The notes under the pieces: model-generated
Database searches by the model: none
What the model was told of the DNA's origin: nothing
Seen by the model: only the letters and a program-made list of their open reading frames with translations
DNA from: Hormiphora californensis
Lineage: Eukaryota > Animalia > Ctenophora
Length of the DNA: 64,000 nt
NCBI GenBank assembly: GCA_020137815.1
Contig: CM035352.1
Coordinates: forward strand, 6,014,001-6,078,000
Reading direction: 5' to 3'
Translations under genes and position numbers: made by a program
Shown: piece after piece, positions 10,401 through 22,400 of the stretch
How positions within the stretch are numbered: the first letter of the stretch is position 1
Layout of the letters: the number at the start of each line of letters is the position of its first letter

Positions 10401-13400
10401 GCGGGTAGGGTTAGAGTTCAGGAACAGCCTTAATTCTAAATTCACCTTTTGCTTCGTAGGGTAGATCAGCGTCAGTAGCTAGCCTGCCATTGTTTTTAAT
10501 GTACTTGAATGACTTAGCAAACCAACCACCATTACACCTGGATTGTGATAATGAATCTCATTATAAAGGTTCTAACTTGCTAATTAATTATATAATTGGT
10601 TGGTAGCTAGTTCATTACCCCTTATCGGTGTCGTAAGTGCATTCCAAGAGCTCCTGGACAGAAAACCTCTTCAGAACTCCAGCTGTTATAGCGTAACGAG
10701 ACTCTACTGCTCCAACCTAGAGTCATGTATCAATAAGTTAATTAGTTAATTAGTGAGAAGTATGGTTAGGTAATTATCCAATTAACTAATTACCGTTGCC
10801 ATTGCCCAACAGGATTGGCATCCATTCTGCTCCAGGGGTCGAACAGTCACTCCCTGGTCGGTCCAGTCCATAGAGGGGGCAGCACGTGCAATAACACTTT
10901 CAACCCAGGCCCTTCGGTTTAGTCGGTGTGCTGTTCGCTCCTCGAACATTATATACTCACTCGCATTCATCCCTGTGTTAGCACTCTTTTCGTCGTCAGA
11001 CTGCAGGGGAGTATGGTATGTTGTCCAATCCTGATGTATCGTGTGATATATGCAAACATATATGACTATCTCGCTCGCTTCATACAAATTATTTTATCAA
11101 ACCGACAACCGTTAAATTAACGGTTGATTCTATTAACTATTTGTCATGGTACTTCTGCTACTACTCACGTGTAATTACTTAGGATACCGATTTACGTGTT
11201 TGTTGGCACTTGCCAGTTCACAACTTACACACGGAATCTGCCGTGCAAGCCAATCCGGACATTACTTATTACTGACTGGTATTGTGTGTGACATCTGAAT
11301 TATTTCTCGAGAACTTAACTAAGAGGAGTAGGATGAGCAGAAAGGCTCCATCATCAGTTTACAGCGATGACCTGCGTCACATCTCTCTGGGGAGTGTCGG
11401 GGACGATACTACCATATTTGGTAGTCCCACCCTGCCAGAACGACCAGGAAGCAGCTACAGTTACCGGGGACCTCGTTACTATGGAAACCACAGACCCTCA
11501 TCAGCCCTCTCCTTCTCAGAGGATGTCTTGGAGAAGGTGGAGCGGAGAATGGTTGGAGATATAGAGGAGGATGAGGAGGAGGAGGCTCTAACTCCAACCA
11601 CCCTGGCATCTGAGGTAGCTACCTCTGTAACCGGTAGCAAGTACTCCCTCCGAGGTGATGATGACAGGGGACAGCTGGAGGAGAGTTACCTGAGATTCAG
11701 ACAGCGACACTTCTCTCAGGAGGGTAGACAGGAGAGGGAGGAGAGGAAAGCGAGGCTACCAGAGTATGATAGAGAGCTTGCTAACACCTTTCAGCGATCA
11801 TTTCACCGTCAAACAGAACTAATGTACAAGCCGGAGAGTGTTGCCCCCATGGCACCTACCGCCTCCCAATGGGACGTGTTTCCGACAGTTGAGGATCTGG
11901 ACGGCTGTTACACCGTTGAAAAACAGTTTGAGATAGCTATCGACCCTCACTCTGATATCCCGGATATGGCTGAATGGATGGGACTCTATCAGGGGGAGGA
12001 TGGGGTGTTTACCCTCAATCAGGGGCTCCATCATGTCCCTCTAACAGGCAAATCACCCGCCAGCAAGGTGAACCGAATCAAGGATGGAGTGAAAATGATT
12101 CTCGTCTACAGGAACCCCCGGAAACCGGAACAAGGATTTGGGTTCAAGTTTACTACGATGGACAGCGGTGTTTATGTTAACCATGTGGAGGCGGATGGGC
12201 CAGCTGTTAGAGCGGGGTTGAGATACGGGGACCAGATTCTGAGGATCGGCGAGGAATACTGCTCCGGGGTTCTGTATGCTAGAGTCGAGGAAATGGTCGA
12301 GGGCATTGCATCTGATGAACTAGTATTGTTTGTAAGGGACAGACCAAATGAGAAAATGTATACTTTGTTGAGGGATAGCAAGGGTTACTTTGGGTTCAGG
12401 ATTCGTGCTGCCCAGATTATAGAGGTGATTCCAGGTACCTCAGCAGCACGGAATGGGGTCCCTACCAACCACTTCATTACGGAGATCAATGGCCAGAATG
12501 TGTTGGGCTGGGATGATGAGAGACTAAGGGAAAGAATGGATACTGCTGCTGTGGACGGGGCTGTGACATTCACTCTCCTCCAGGAGAGGGCTTACAAAGA
12601 CTTTGTCAAAGATCTTGGAGAGTCATTGTTCGCCACAATGGACCATTCAATGAACTTCTCAATTCCAATCCCCTCAGTCAGTGTGGATAGTTTTAACTTC
12701 AACCCCTTGTCAAGTGTGATCAACACTGTAACTGATAAAACTTCTACAGAGAACTAATGGGAGATGGTAGCTATCTCTCTGACCTATAAGAGACTGTGTT
12801 ACCTGGTCAGAGAACTTGTTAACTTCCGCCTTAAATTCATAGCCACTTTTGTTTATCTGCAGAATCATCTTAATGATCTGAAAATATAAATGTAAAGTAG
12901 AACAACAATTTAGCAGTAATTTAGTAACTCGGAGTGAGATTTATTGTTCGGGAATGCAGCTCAGCAATATGTTAATCGTTAGATACTGTTATAATACTGA
13001 GATAATACTATGTTTATACCTTTACAAAGGTTTTGAATCGACCACCACTTTCATTCGGATCCTTGTATTCCTTCTTGTACAGCTTTCTAAATGTCACAAA
13101 CAGCTTCTTAAAGAGCGCCAACACTGAAACAAATTATATCAGGACTATCCTCTTTACTGGAGTGGAGGTCTTGTCTTGACAAAGTCAACTCAAGTCAAGC
13201 CCTCTCGCGACGAGTAAATAAATCAAATATTTGAACTGATATGATTATTAGCCGACCACTAGACTCACATCGTCCCCTTTCAGCCCGGTTATTTAACCTC
13301 AACAGGCCGTCTATCTCTCCCATCGTCCCGGACATTTCCGAACTGGCGGTGACAGGGTGCCTGCTGCACAGGGCGGCAAAAAAGACAACCAGACAAACAA

Positions 13401-13413
13401 ACACAACCCTCAT
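7435..13413 (-). CDS. Secreted cathepsin L-like (papain C1A) cysteine protease with I29 propeptide and C-terminal ShKT domain. Exons 13413-13269, 13123-13020, 12877-12803, 11000-10794, 10716-10619, 10537-10446, 8943-8808, 8679-8557, 8373-8219, 8029-7904, 7505-7435
   Basis: All junctions are GT-AG and phase-compatible. Signal peptide MRVVFVCLVVFFAALC; I29-like FVTFRKLYKKEY..E...RFKTF..IIK.I..IN..EVNKFSDQ; catalytic motifs QNGCQSCW, GCNGG, VNHGVVAVGY, RNSWG..WG.NGY; ShKT CRDLQPGECGQYGKAGCGDAISSNFMKSNCRFTCELC. Confidence 0.9.
7520..7898. repeat. Intronic C-rich minisatellite (CCCTGATCCCC-type units)
   Basis: Direct reading; fills the intron after the ShKT exon. The opposite strand is G-rich. 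Confidence 0.9.
9042..10370 (+). mobile_element. 5'-truncated Penelope-like retroelement (Neptune-type; RT C-terminus + GIY-YIG endonuclease), antisense in a cathepsin intron
   Basis: RWRRFIDDVLGFW RT motif just upstream of ORF 9080-10168, YRK-like LFRKETD, Cys linker KCGGKGCKTC, GIY-YIG VIYVAKC..C..CYFGQT...RINGHR. Flanked by the duplication AAGAGGGT (9034-9041, 10371-10378). Confidence 0.9.
10284..10329 (+). ncRNA. Minimal type I hammerhead ribozyme in the Penelope 3' pseudo-LTR
   Basis: GGGAUGUUA-CUGAUGA-U-GAU(UUAAU)AUC-GAAA-GUGC-UU|UAACGCCC: both core boxes are present, with a short stem II, a near-palindromic stem III (AAAGUGCUUU), and stem I GGGAUGUUA/UAACGCCC. Confidence 0.8.
11333..12757 (+). 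CDS. Syntenin-like tandem-PDZ protein, intronless, nested antisense in cathepsin intron 3
   Basis: Two PDZ domains with syntenin-specific motifs IKDGVK, GLRYGDQIL, RDRPNEK, SAARNGV.TNH.ITEINGQNVLG, MDHS; VFPTVEDL and EWMGL resemble the syntenin N-terminus. Confidence 0.85.
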   Translation: MSRKAPSSVYSDDLRHISLGSVGDDTTIFGSPTLPERPGSSYSYRGPRYYGNHRPSSALSFSEDVLEKVERRMVGDIEEDEEEEALTPTTLASEVATSVTGSKYSLRGDDDRGQLEESYLRFRQRHFSQEGRQEREERKARLPEYDRELANTFQRSFHRQTELMYKPESVAPMAPTASQWDVFPTVEDLDGCYTVEKQFEIAIDPHSDIPDMAEWMGLYQGEDGVFTLNQGLHHVPLTGKSPASKVNRIKDGVKMILVYRNPRKPEQGFGFKFTTMDSGVYVNHVEADGPAVRAGLRYGDQILRIGEEYCSGVLYARVEEMVEGIASDELVLFVRDRPNEKMYTLLRDSKGYFGFRIRAAQIIEVIPGTSAARNGVPTNHFITEINGQNVLGWDDERLRERMDTAAVDGAVTFTLLQERAYKDFVKDLGESLFATMDHSMNFSIPIPSVSVDSFNFNPLSSVINTVTDKTSTEN

Positions 13414-13567
13414 GATACTGTGGGAACAAGAAATAGGAGAACTGTGGAAACTGGGATGGTTGGTTGGCCAATGACTCAATATGCTGGTTGTGCCGAGTTT
13501 TCATTTCCGGGACCGGTCTTTCCTGCACCTTTTGTGTGCGTCCCACGTGACTAAAATCCAGGGGTGG

Positions 13568-13571
<4 letters not shown>

Positions 13572-13648
<77 letters not shown>
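13572..13648. repeat. (GA)n microsatellite
   Basis: Direct reading. Confidence 0.97.
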
Positions 13649-13652
<4 letters not shown>

Positions 13653-14137
13653 GGAAACAGAGCAACAAGCTCCCGCACCCCAGTTTGCATGCATTGACAC
13701 AAAGTGACATGCTCCCTTTCTTCTTAGGAAATCCAAATATAAGGCACGTGCCTGCATCCCTGTCCCGGATAAATTAGGAATCTGTTGCAGGAACTCTCTC
13801 TCTGTGTCTCAGGACAGGGTCAGTTAATGAGGTGCGCATGGGCTTCGGAAATAGCAGTTCCCGGCACAGGATTATGAATCACGGGAGAATGCTTGAAAAT
13901 AATAATAATTCTGTCCAAAATTTGACTGGCTGAATAACTAATTGTTCCCAGTTCCCACTAAGTAAAAATAAAAAATACTTGGGTGGAAAGTTCCCAGCTA
14001 ACTGTGAACATTGTTTTACTGATGCATGACATCATGATCTTTTAATCTGTGGATCTGAGAAATCTGTAGAGCTCCCTGTAAGGATTGTAAACGAGCTCGC
14101 TTTGAAAGGTCTTCTGCATGCTTGCCAGCCAGGCGTC

Positions 14138-14198
14138 CCCCTCTCTCTCCCTCTCTTTCTCTCTCTCTCCCCCTCTCTCTATCTCTCTCTCTCCCCTC

Positions 14199-14277
<79 letters not shown>

Positions 14278-14282
14278 ATCTC
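14138..14282. repeat. (CT)n microsatellite
   Basis: Direct reading. Confidence 0.95.
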
Positions 14283-14515
14283 CACAAGCATGAGAAAATG
14301 CTCGCTCTGTCACTCAGTGTGTACAAGTGTGTGTATCTAAGTTGCACTTGTGTGTGTGTTTGCTCGTTTTGAAACTACAGTTCTGTTTATTAGTCATCCA
14401 CACAGTTTACAAAATTTGGTTTGTTTATTGGGGGGTATTTGTTCAGGATCCAGATATATTTCTGTTCCTATAATCATCTCCCTCTCCCAATATAGAGGTT
14501 ATCCAGTCCTGTTAA

Positions 14516-17500
14516 ATGGAGTGTACCCAGGATTTGCTGGACCGGTTTCACGACAGTCTAAACCTAACTCGTTCCAAGAATGATTCTCTGGTCATGTGCC
14601 TAGAGGAGGGTGATCTAGAGTTAGAGAGACAGGAGAGATCTCTACCTCCTCAACTTGAATCTATCTTCCTCAGGATCAGGTACAGGTCCCTCAGAGGTTG
14701 TTTATGTCAGGCCAATGCTCTGACCACAGTTCTCGCGCGCTCCGCCAATGCTCTGACAACTCTTGTCTCATATAAGACCCTCCTCTTCGCACCGGGCCGA
14801 AGGCCCGGTGCGGCTACGTGAGGCCGCGCTACGTGAGGCTACGTGAGGCCGCGAGGTTGCGCGATGTACAGTCAGTGTATGACAAGACAACTCAGAGGTC
14901 TCTCTCTCCCTAGCTATAACAACCCCCACCCATCACAGGGAAGCAGTATCTGAGTGTGTTCGACCCAATCAGAACTGTTACCGGGAGCTCGATGGTCTCA
15001 TCAAGATCATTGAAAGTCGACTGACAGAGGTCCGGGCTCAGGAGAAACACAATGAAAAACAGGTACGAATCCCTTGACGTATTTCCTGTTAGAAACACTT
15101 CAGTAGACCATGCTGAAAATCTCTGATTGGATCGATTATCAAACCCTCTTGCTAACTAACTCTCTATAGAGCTCTATAAATATAACACCTAAATCCTAAT
15201 ACTACATATGTGGGCATATAATGAACCTAACTCCAGATAATAACTTCAGATAATGACACTTGAGCGAGAGAGGAGGGAGCTCAAGGCTCAGCGGGTACAG
15301 AATGAAGAACACAGAAGGTTGCTGGCTCAGGACAAAGAGAAGTTGGAGGAGAAGATAGATACCCAGCGGAGTGAGCTTCTGGCGAGGGCTGAACGACTGG
15401 CAGTTATGGCTGAAGCGATAGAGACTGAACCAGAGTGTGCTGATACATCGGTTATAAAGGTAGGAACGTTCATTAGATAACTGGAAAGTTACAGGCCTAG
15501 GAAGGCTAAGTTTTGGGAAGGCAAATTTGGTTTATATAGCAGCTTCTATTTCTGGATGGAACATTTTTCAGGAATCAGAGAAAGCGAAGTTGCGGGCAGA
15601 GTTAGCGGTTATGAAAAAACAGGAAGAGATAAAGGGGCTGGAGACGATGTGTGAACGGTACCAGGAGGAGATAAAGAAAGTGAGGGACGATTGTAAAGAT
15701 GCCATTAAGATCAGTGAAAACCAGGCCATTGAAGGTACGATGTTCCACATGGAGATGGTCCTGATTCAATAGAAACGTTATAGTTGGACCCATGATTGAA
15801 TTAGTTAAATCACCACTCCTGCTTGTTGAGTTACACCACCCCTTCTGCAGCGTGCAAGAGAATGAAACAGATGAATCTGGAGCTGGTGAAGAGTCAGGAG
15901 ACAGCTCGACAAATGCAACAGATCCTGGTCTCTGAGAAGGAACGATCCAAAGAATTGAAGGTTTGTTATAATGCACTTGTTATCAACTTGATATCCACCA
16001 TTATTGCCCATTTGGCATTGGCCAAGGTTTAGGTTTCTAAACGGACAGTAGATTCCAATAAAATTAGCTCACTCCATGACTTATTATTCTTTAGGCGTGT
16101 TTGGATCACGAACGTCTGCAGCCGATGGGGAAACATCTCCAGAACGCACTGGGAGGAGACTCGGTAGAGGGAAATCTAGCTACAATCCCAGGTCTCTCTC
16201 GAGCCCTCATTCTGCGAGCTGCGAAGGCAGGGAACGTATCAACAGCGATCCGTTCCGAGGAGTTGCTGAGGAGAAACGAGGTGTGTGATCTATAGTTCCG
16301 GGGGGGGGGGGGGGGGGGGCTATAATAGTTCTTTCTAGCATGTCAATATTCTTTCAATATTGGACTACCCACTTGTTGTGGAAACCGTCGTGGCAAGACA
16401 GAATTCTATCACCGTTTTTTTTCAGGCACTGACCAAGGAGGTGGAGAGAACTACGGAACAGTTGAAGGTAGTCCAAAGGGAACACACAACTCTTCAAAAC
16501 CAGACCAAGAACTTCGCCTCGCGGCTTAACCAAGCAACTGTAAGTGAAATGTTAATTAGCATATCACGTTCTTAAGTTATCTAGTACAGTCGGACCCCGA
16601 TTTACCGGGATGCTCGGGGGAAAGGGTTTTGCCCGGTAAATCGGGGTGCCCGGTATATCGGGGCAAAATATCGTCAATTTCTTATATCGGGGGAAGTTTA
16701 TCCTCCCGGTAAATCGGGGTTCCGGTAAATCGGAGCCCGGTAAATCGGGGTCCGACTGTAGTAACTCTCCCTTTACTCACCATTTACTCCTTTTAAATTG
16801 TTCATACACGGAGGGGGGGTCGTCATGTTAATGTTAATGTTTCATGAAAATTTTTAAAATGTTAACATTAACATTATTAACATTATTAACATTATTAACA
16901 TTATTAACAAAAAAAGAAGCTTTTTTAAGTCTTTTTGAAGCTTTTAATCCCGCTTTAATAGATCATTTGCGTTATTTTTGACAATATTATACGTACTACC
17001 CATCCAATCAACACTGATATACAGTCAGACCCTGATTTAGTGGCCCCCGATTTAGTGGCACCCCGATTTAGTGGCAGGATTTTTTCCCCAAAAATTTTTT
17101 TGAATTTTTTTGTGAAAATCGTCCGAATCGTGTTTGAATCGGTGCATCTTATCGCATGTCCTGCTGCTAATTGGACAGTTCAGAACGAACCGATAAGTGA
17201 TCCCCATGGGGCCATTGAATCACATGTTTACCAAGCGTCAAAATGGGGGGGGGGGGGGGTGCAACCCAAAAAAAACCAACCATACCCTGGATTTTCTTGC
17301 CAAGTTAGACTGTCTTTTATAAAATAAAATAAAAGAGTTTGTACAAAACAAGGATTTTCAAAATTGTTGATTTTTTTGGTCGTTTTTGATTTTTTTGATT
17401 TTTTAAAAATCTTTTTTGATCTTTTTTTTATTTTTTTGATCGTTTTTGATTTTTTTTGAATTTTTGAATCGTTTTTGATTTTATTTGATCGTTTTTGATT

Positions 17501-19021
17501 TTTTTTGAACTTTTTTGTTCAACATTAAACATTTAAAAAAAATTAAAAACGATAAAAAAATTTCAAAAAAATCAAAAAAATTCAAAAAAATTTAAAAAAA
17601 TCAAAAACGACCAAAAAAATCAAAGAAATTGCAATCAAAAACGACCAAAAAACCAACCATACCCTGGGTTTCGGAAAAAGTTTGATTTTTTGGGGTTGTA
17701 CCCCCCCCCCCCAATTTCGATTCGATGGCGATCACGTTTCAGTTCGTTCCGAACCGTCTAATTAGCAGCAGGACATGCGATAAGATGCACCGATTCGAAA
17801 CACGATTCGGACGTGGCTGGTATTCCTTTAAAAAAAATTTTAAGAAAATTTCACAAAAAAAATTCAAAAAACTTTTGGGGGGAAAATCCCTGCCACTAAA
17901 TCGGGGTGCCACTAAATCAGGGTGAGCCATATTTGGCCCATAAAAACCAGTTTATACATTAAACTGGTGTTCTTTACTCGTATACCCGCCTTTGTTATAA
18001 TGAATGTATTTTCTTACCTCAAAACCTTTGATAAAATCCAAACAACTATCCTAGCTATGAAATATCTGCCATGGGAGATAGTGAGTTTATGATAGAAACA
18101 CCTAAACACACCTAAAAACACATAAAACAGCTATAAACCGACTAAAAACATCTAAAACGCGATTTTTGTTAATTTTGTTAATTTTGTTAATTTTGTTAAT
18201 GTTTCACCAAGGGTCGTTTGTTAATTAACAAAACATTAACAAAATTAACATGACGACCCCCCCTACACGGAGCACGGGCACGGTGTCAATCAACTACCCT
18301 CTAGTAACTCCCCAATCAACTACCCCCTAGTAACTCCCCTAGTAACTCCCTCTAGTAACTCCCCAATCAACTCCCCCCTAGTAACTCCCCAATCAACTCC
18401 CCCCTAGTAACTCCCCAATCAACTCCCCCCTAGTACCCCCCTAGCAACTACCCCCTAGTAACTCCCCTAGCAACTCCCCCCTAGTAACTCCCCAATCAAC
18501 TCCCCCCTAGTAACTCCCCAATCAACTCCCCCCTAGTACCCCCCTAGCAACTACCCCCTAGTAACTCCCCTAGCAACTCCCCCCTAGTAACTCCCCAATC
18601 AACTCCCCCCTAGTAACTCCCCAATCAACTCCCCCCTAGTACCCCCTAGCAACTACCCCCTAGTAACTCCCCTAGCAACTCCCCCCTAGTAACTCCCCAA
18701 TCAACTCCCCCCTAGTAACTCCCCAATCAACTCCCCCCTAGTACCCCCCTAGCAACTACCCCCTAGTAACTCCCCTAGCAACTCCCTCTAGTAACTCTAT
18801 ACCATCCCCAGATGCAAGCAAACACCCTGAGACAAGCTCGTGATGATGCGATACAAAAGTTGAAGCGAGCACAGCAGAACTACGAGCTCCTCAACAAATC
18901 TCTCTCCAAACAAGCTGCCGGCTGGGTCCAGGATAGAGTCGATGAAAGGGCTGTGGATGAGGCGAAACGGTTTCAAAGAATCCTTCCCGCATATAACACG
19001 ACCCCTCAGTCAACTGTTTAG
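14516..19021 (+). CDS. Uncharacterised coiled-coil protein. Exons 14516-14679, 14939-15062, 15250-15459, 15572-15734, 15851-15960, 16095-16280, 16426-16539, 18812-19021
   Basis: Eight phase-compatible GT-AG exons give an uninterrupted E/K/R/Q/L-rich heptad protein; the family is not recognised. Confidence 0.75.
16587..16758. mobile_element. pogo/Tc1-type MITE
   Basis: TA|CAGTCGGACCCCGATTTACCGG ... CCGGTAAATCGGGGTCCGACTG|TA: TIRs with TA target duplication. Confidence 0.85.
16813..18263. mobile_element. Non-autonomous DNA transposon with G7-start TIRs and 8-bp TSD (Merlin/Mutator-like), carrying an internal pogo-type fragment; copy 1
   Basis: TIR GGGGGGGTCGTCATGTTAAT / ATTAACATGACGACCCCCCC; TSD TACACGGA on both sides; internal TACAGTCAGACCCTGATTTAGTGG at ~17020. 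Confidence 0.85.
18285..18800. repeat. Intronic C-rich minisatellite (CCCCCTAGTAACT/CCCCAATCAACT units)
   Basis: Direct reading. Confidence 0.9.
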
Positions 19022-19435
19022 AGGGTTTTAGGAGCATATTTTATAGCCAACGTTGGACATTTTCGAATTACTTGATAATAAACGGAAACAAAAACCTGGA
19101 TCTGATTTGTTGAGTAAGAGAGGGTTCTCAAATCTCTAGCCCTTACTAAACACGATCTGATTGGAACTGGTAGTGGTAGTTTTCTAAATGAACTCCGAAG
19201 ATGTACGAAATTTCGCGTAACTAATTAAGAGTGAAATAAAAGTTTGGGTTCAAGGAATGCTTCTGTTATATTTTCAATAGTTAAAACCTTTGAAATTAAC
19301 TTGTTTCCCGTTTCCAATAGTATTTATCTGGCAGTGCGCTCAGGTAGGGTCGCGACCTGAGCGCAATATCAAAACGGAGTCAGCGCCGCCAAACGGAATG
19401 CCCCCAATGGTCTGCTGGGGTAAGGGGTGTGATAT

Positions 19436-22400
19436 ACACCAGACGTCTTGGTAGACAGAGACACAATGACAGACACCAGACGTCTTGGTAGACAGAGACA
19501 CAATGACAGACACTAGACGTCTTGGTAGACAGAGACACAATGACAGACACCAGACGTCTTGGTAGACAGAGACACAATGACAGACACCAGACGTCTTGGT
19601 AGACAGAGTCACAACGACAGATACCAAACGTCTTGGTAGACAGGGACACAATGACAGACACCAGACGTCTTGGTAGACAGAGACACAATGACAGACACCA
19701 GACGTCTTGGTAGACAGAGACACAATGACAGACACCAGACGTCTTGGTAGACAGAGACACAATGACAGACACCAGACGTCTTGGTAGACAGAGACACAAT
19801 GACAGACACCAGACGTCTTGGTAGACAGAGACACAATGACAGACACCAGACGTCTTGGTAGACAGAGACACAATGACAGACACCAGACGTCTTGGTAGAC
19901 AGAGACACAATGACAGACACCAGACGTCTTGGTAGACAGAGACACAATGACAGACACCAGACGTCTCGGTAGACAGAGACACAATGACAGACACCAGACG
20001 TCTTGGTAGACAGAGACACAATGACAGACACCAGACGTCTTGGTAGACAGAGACACAATGACAGACACCAGACGTCTTGGTAGACAGAGACACAATGACA
20101 GACACCAGACGTCTTGGTAGACAGAGACACAATGACAGACACCAGACGTCTTGATAGACAGAGACACAGTGACAGACACCAGACGTCTTGGTAGACAGAG
20201 ACACAATGACAGACACCAGACGTCTTGGTAGACAGAGACACAATGACAGGCACTAGACGTCTTGGTAGACAGAGACACAATGTCAGACACCAGACGTCTT
20301 GGTAGACAGAGACACATTGACAGACACCAGACGTCTTGGTAGACAGAGACACAATGACAGACACCAGACGTCTTGGTAGACAGAGACACAATGACAGACA
20401 CCAGACGTCTTGGTAGACAGAGACACAATGACAGACACCAGACGTCTTGGTAGACAGAGACACAATGACAGACACCAGACGTCTTGGTAGACAGAGACAC
20501 AATGACAGACACCAGACGTCTTGGTAGACAGAGACACAATGACAGACACCAGACGTCTTGGTAGACAGAGACACAATGACAGACACCAGACGTCTTGGTA
20601 GACAGAGACACAATGACAGACACCAGACGTCTTGGTACAGAGACCATGACAGACACCAGACGTCTTGGTAGACAGAGACACAATGACAGACACCAGACGT
20701 CTTGGTAGACAGAGACACAATGACAGACACCAGACGTCTTGGTAGACAGAGACACAATGACAGACACCAGACGTCTTGGTAGACAGAGACACAATGACAG
20801 ACACCAGACGTCTTGGTAGACAGAGACACAATGACAGACACCAGACGTCTTGGTAGACAGAGACACAATGACAGACACCAGACGTCTTGGTAGACAGAGA
20901 CACAATGACAGACACCAGACGTCTTGGTAGACAGAGACACAATGACAGACACCAGACGTCTTGGTAGACAGAGACACAATGACAGACACCAGACGTCTTG
21001 GTAGACAGAGACACAATGACAGACACCAGACGTCTTGGTAGACAGAGACACAATGACAGACACCAGACGTCTTGGTAGACAGAGACACAATGACAGACAC
21101 CAGACGTCTTGGTAGACAGAGACACAATGACAGACACCAGACGTCTTGGTAGACAGAGACACAATGACAGACACCAGACGTCTTGGTAGACAGAGACACA
21201 ATGACAGACACCAGACGTCTTGGTAGACAGACACAATGACAGACACTAGACGTCTTGGTAGACAGAGACACAATGACAGACACCAGACGTCTTGGTAGAC
21301 AGAGACACAATGACAGACACCAGACGTCTTGGTAGACAGAGACACAATGACAGACACCAGACGTCTTGGTAGACAGAGACACAATGACAGACACCAGACG
21401 TCTTGGTAGACAGAGACACAATGACAGACACCAGACGTCTTGGTAGACAGAGACACAATGACAGACACCAGACGTCTTGGTAGACAGAGACACAATGACA
21501 GACACCAGACGTCTTGGTAGACAGGGACACAATGACAGACACCAGACGTCTTGGTAGACAGAGACACAATGACAGACACCAGACGTCTTGGTAGACAGAG
21601 ACACAATGACAGACACCAGACGTCTTGGTAGACAGAGACTCAATGACAGGCACCAGACGTCTTGGTATACAGAGACACAATGACAGACACCAGACGTCTT
21701 GGTAGACAGAGACACAATGACAGGCACCAGAGTCCAGACGTCTTGGTAGACAGAGACACAATGACAGACACCAGACGTCTTGGTAGACAGAGACACAATG
21801 ACAGACACCAGACGTCTTGGTAGACAGAGACACAATGACAGACACCAGACGTCTTGGTAGACAGAGACACAATGACAGCCACCAGACGTCTTGGTAGACA
21901 AAGACACAATGACAGGCACCAGACGTCTTGGTAGACAGATACACAATGACAGACACCCGACGTCTTGATAGACAGAGACACAATGACAGACACCAGACGT
22001 CTTGGTAGACAGGGACACAATGACAGACACCAGACGTCTTGGTAGACAGAGACACAATGACAGACACCAGACGTCTTGGTAGACAGAGACACAATGACAG
22101 ACACCAGACGTCTTGGTAGACAGAGACACAATGACAGACACCAGACGTCTTGGTAGACAGAGACACAATGACAGACACCAGACGTCTTGGTAGACAGAGA
22201 CACAATGACAGACACCAGACGTCTTGGTAGACAGAGACACAATGACAGACACCAGACGTCTTGGTAGACAGGGACACAATGACAGACACCAGACGTCTTG
22301 GTAGACAGAGACACAATGACAGACACCAGACGTCTTGGTAGACAGAGACACAATGACAGACACCAGACGTCTTGGTAGACAGAGACTCAATGACAGGCAC

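Noticed and set aside
13195-13479. Standalone neuropeptide precursor (signal peptide followed by ...GR)
   Set aside because: A GTGAGT donor at 13268 splices in frame to I29 propeptide exons; it is cathepsin exon 1.
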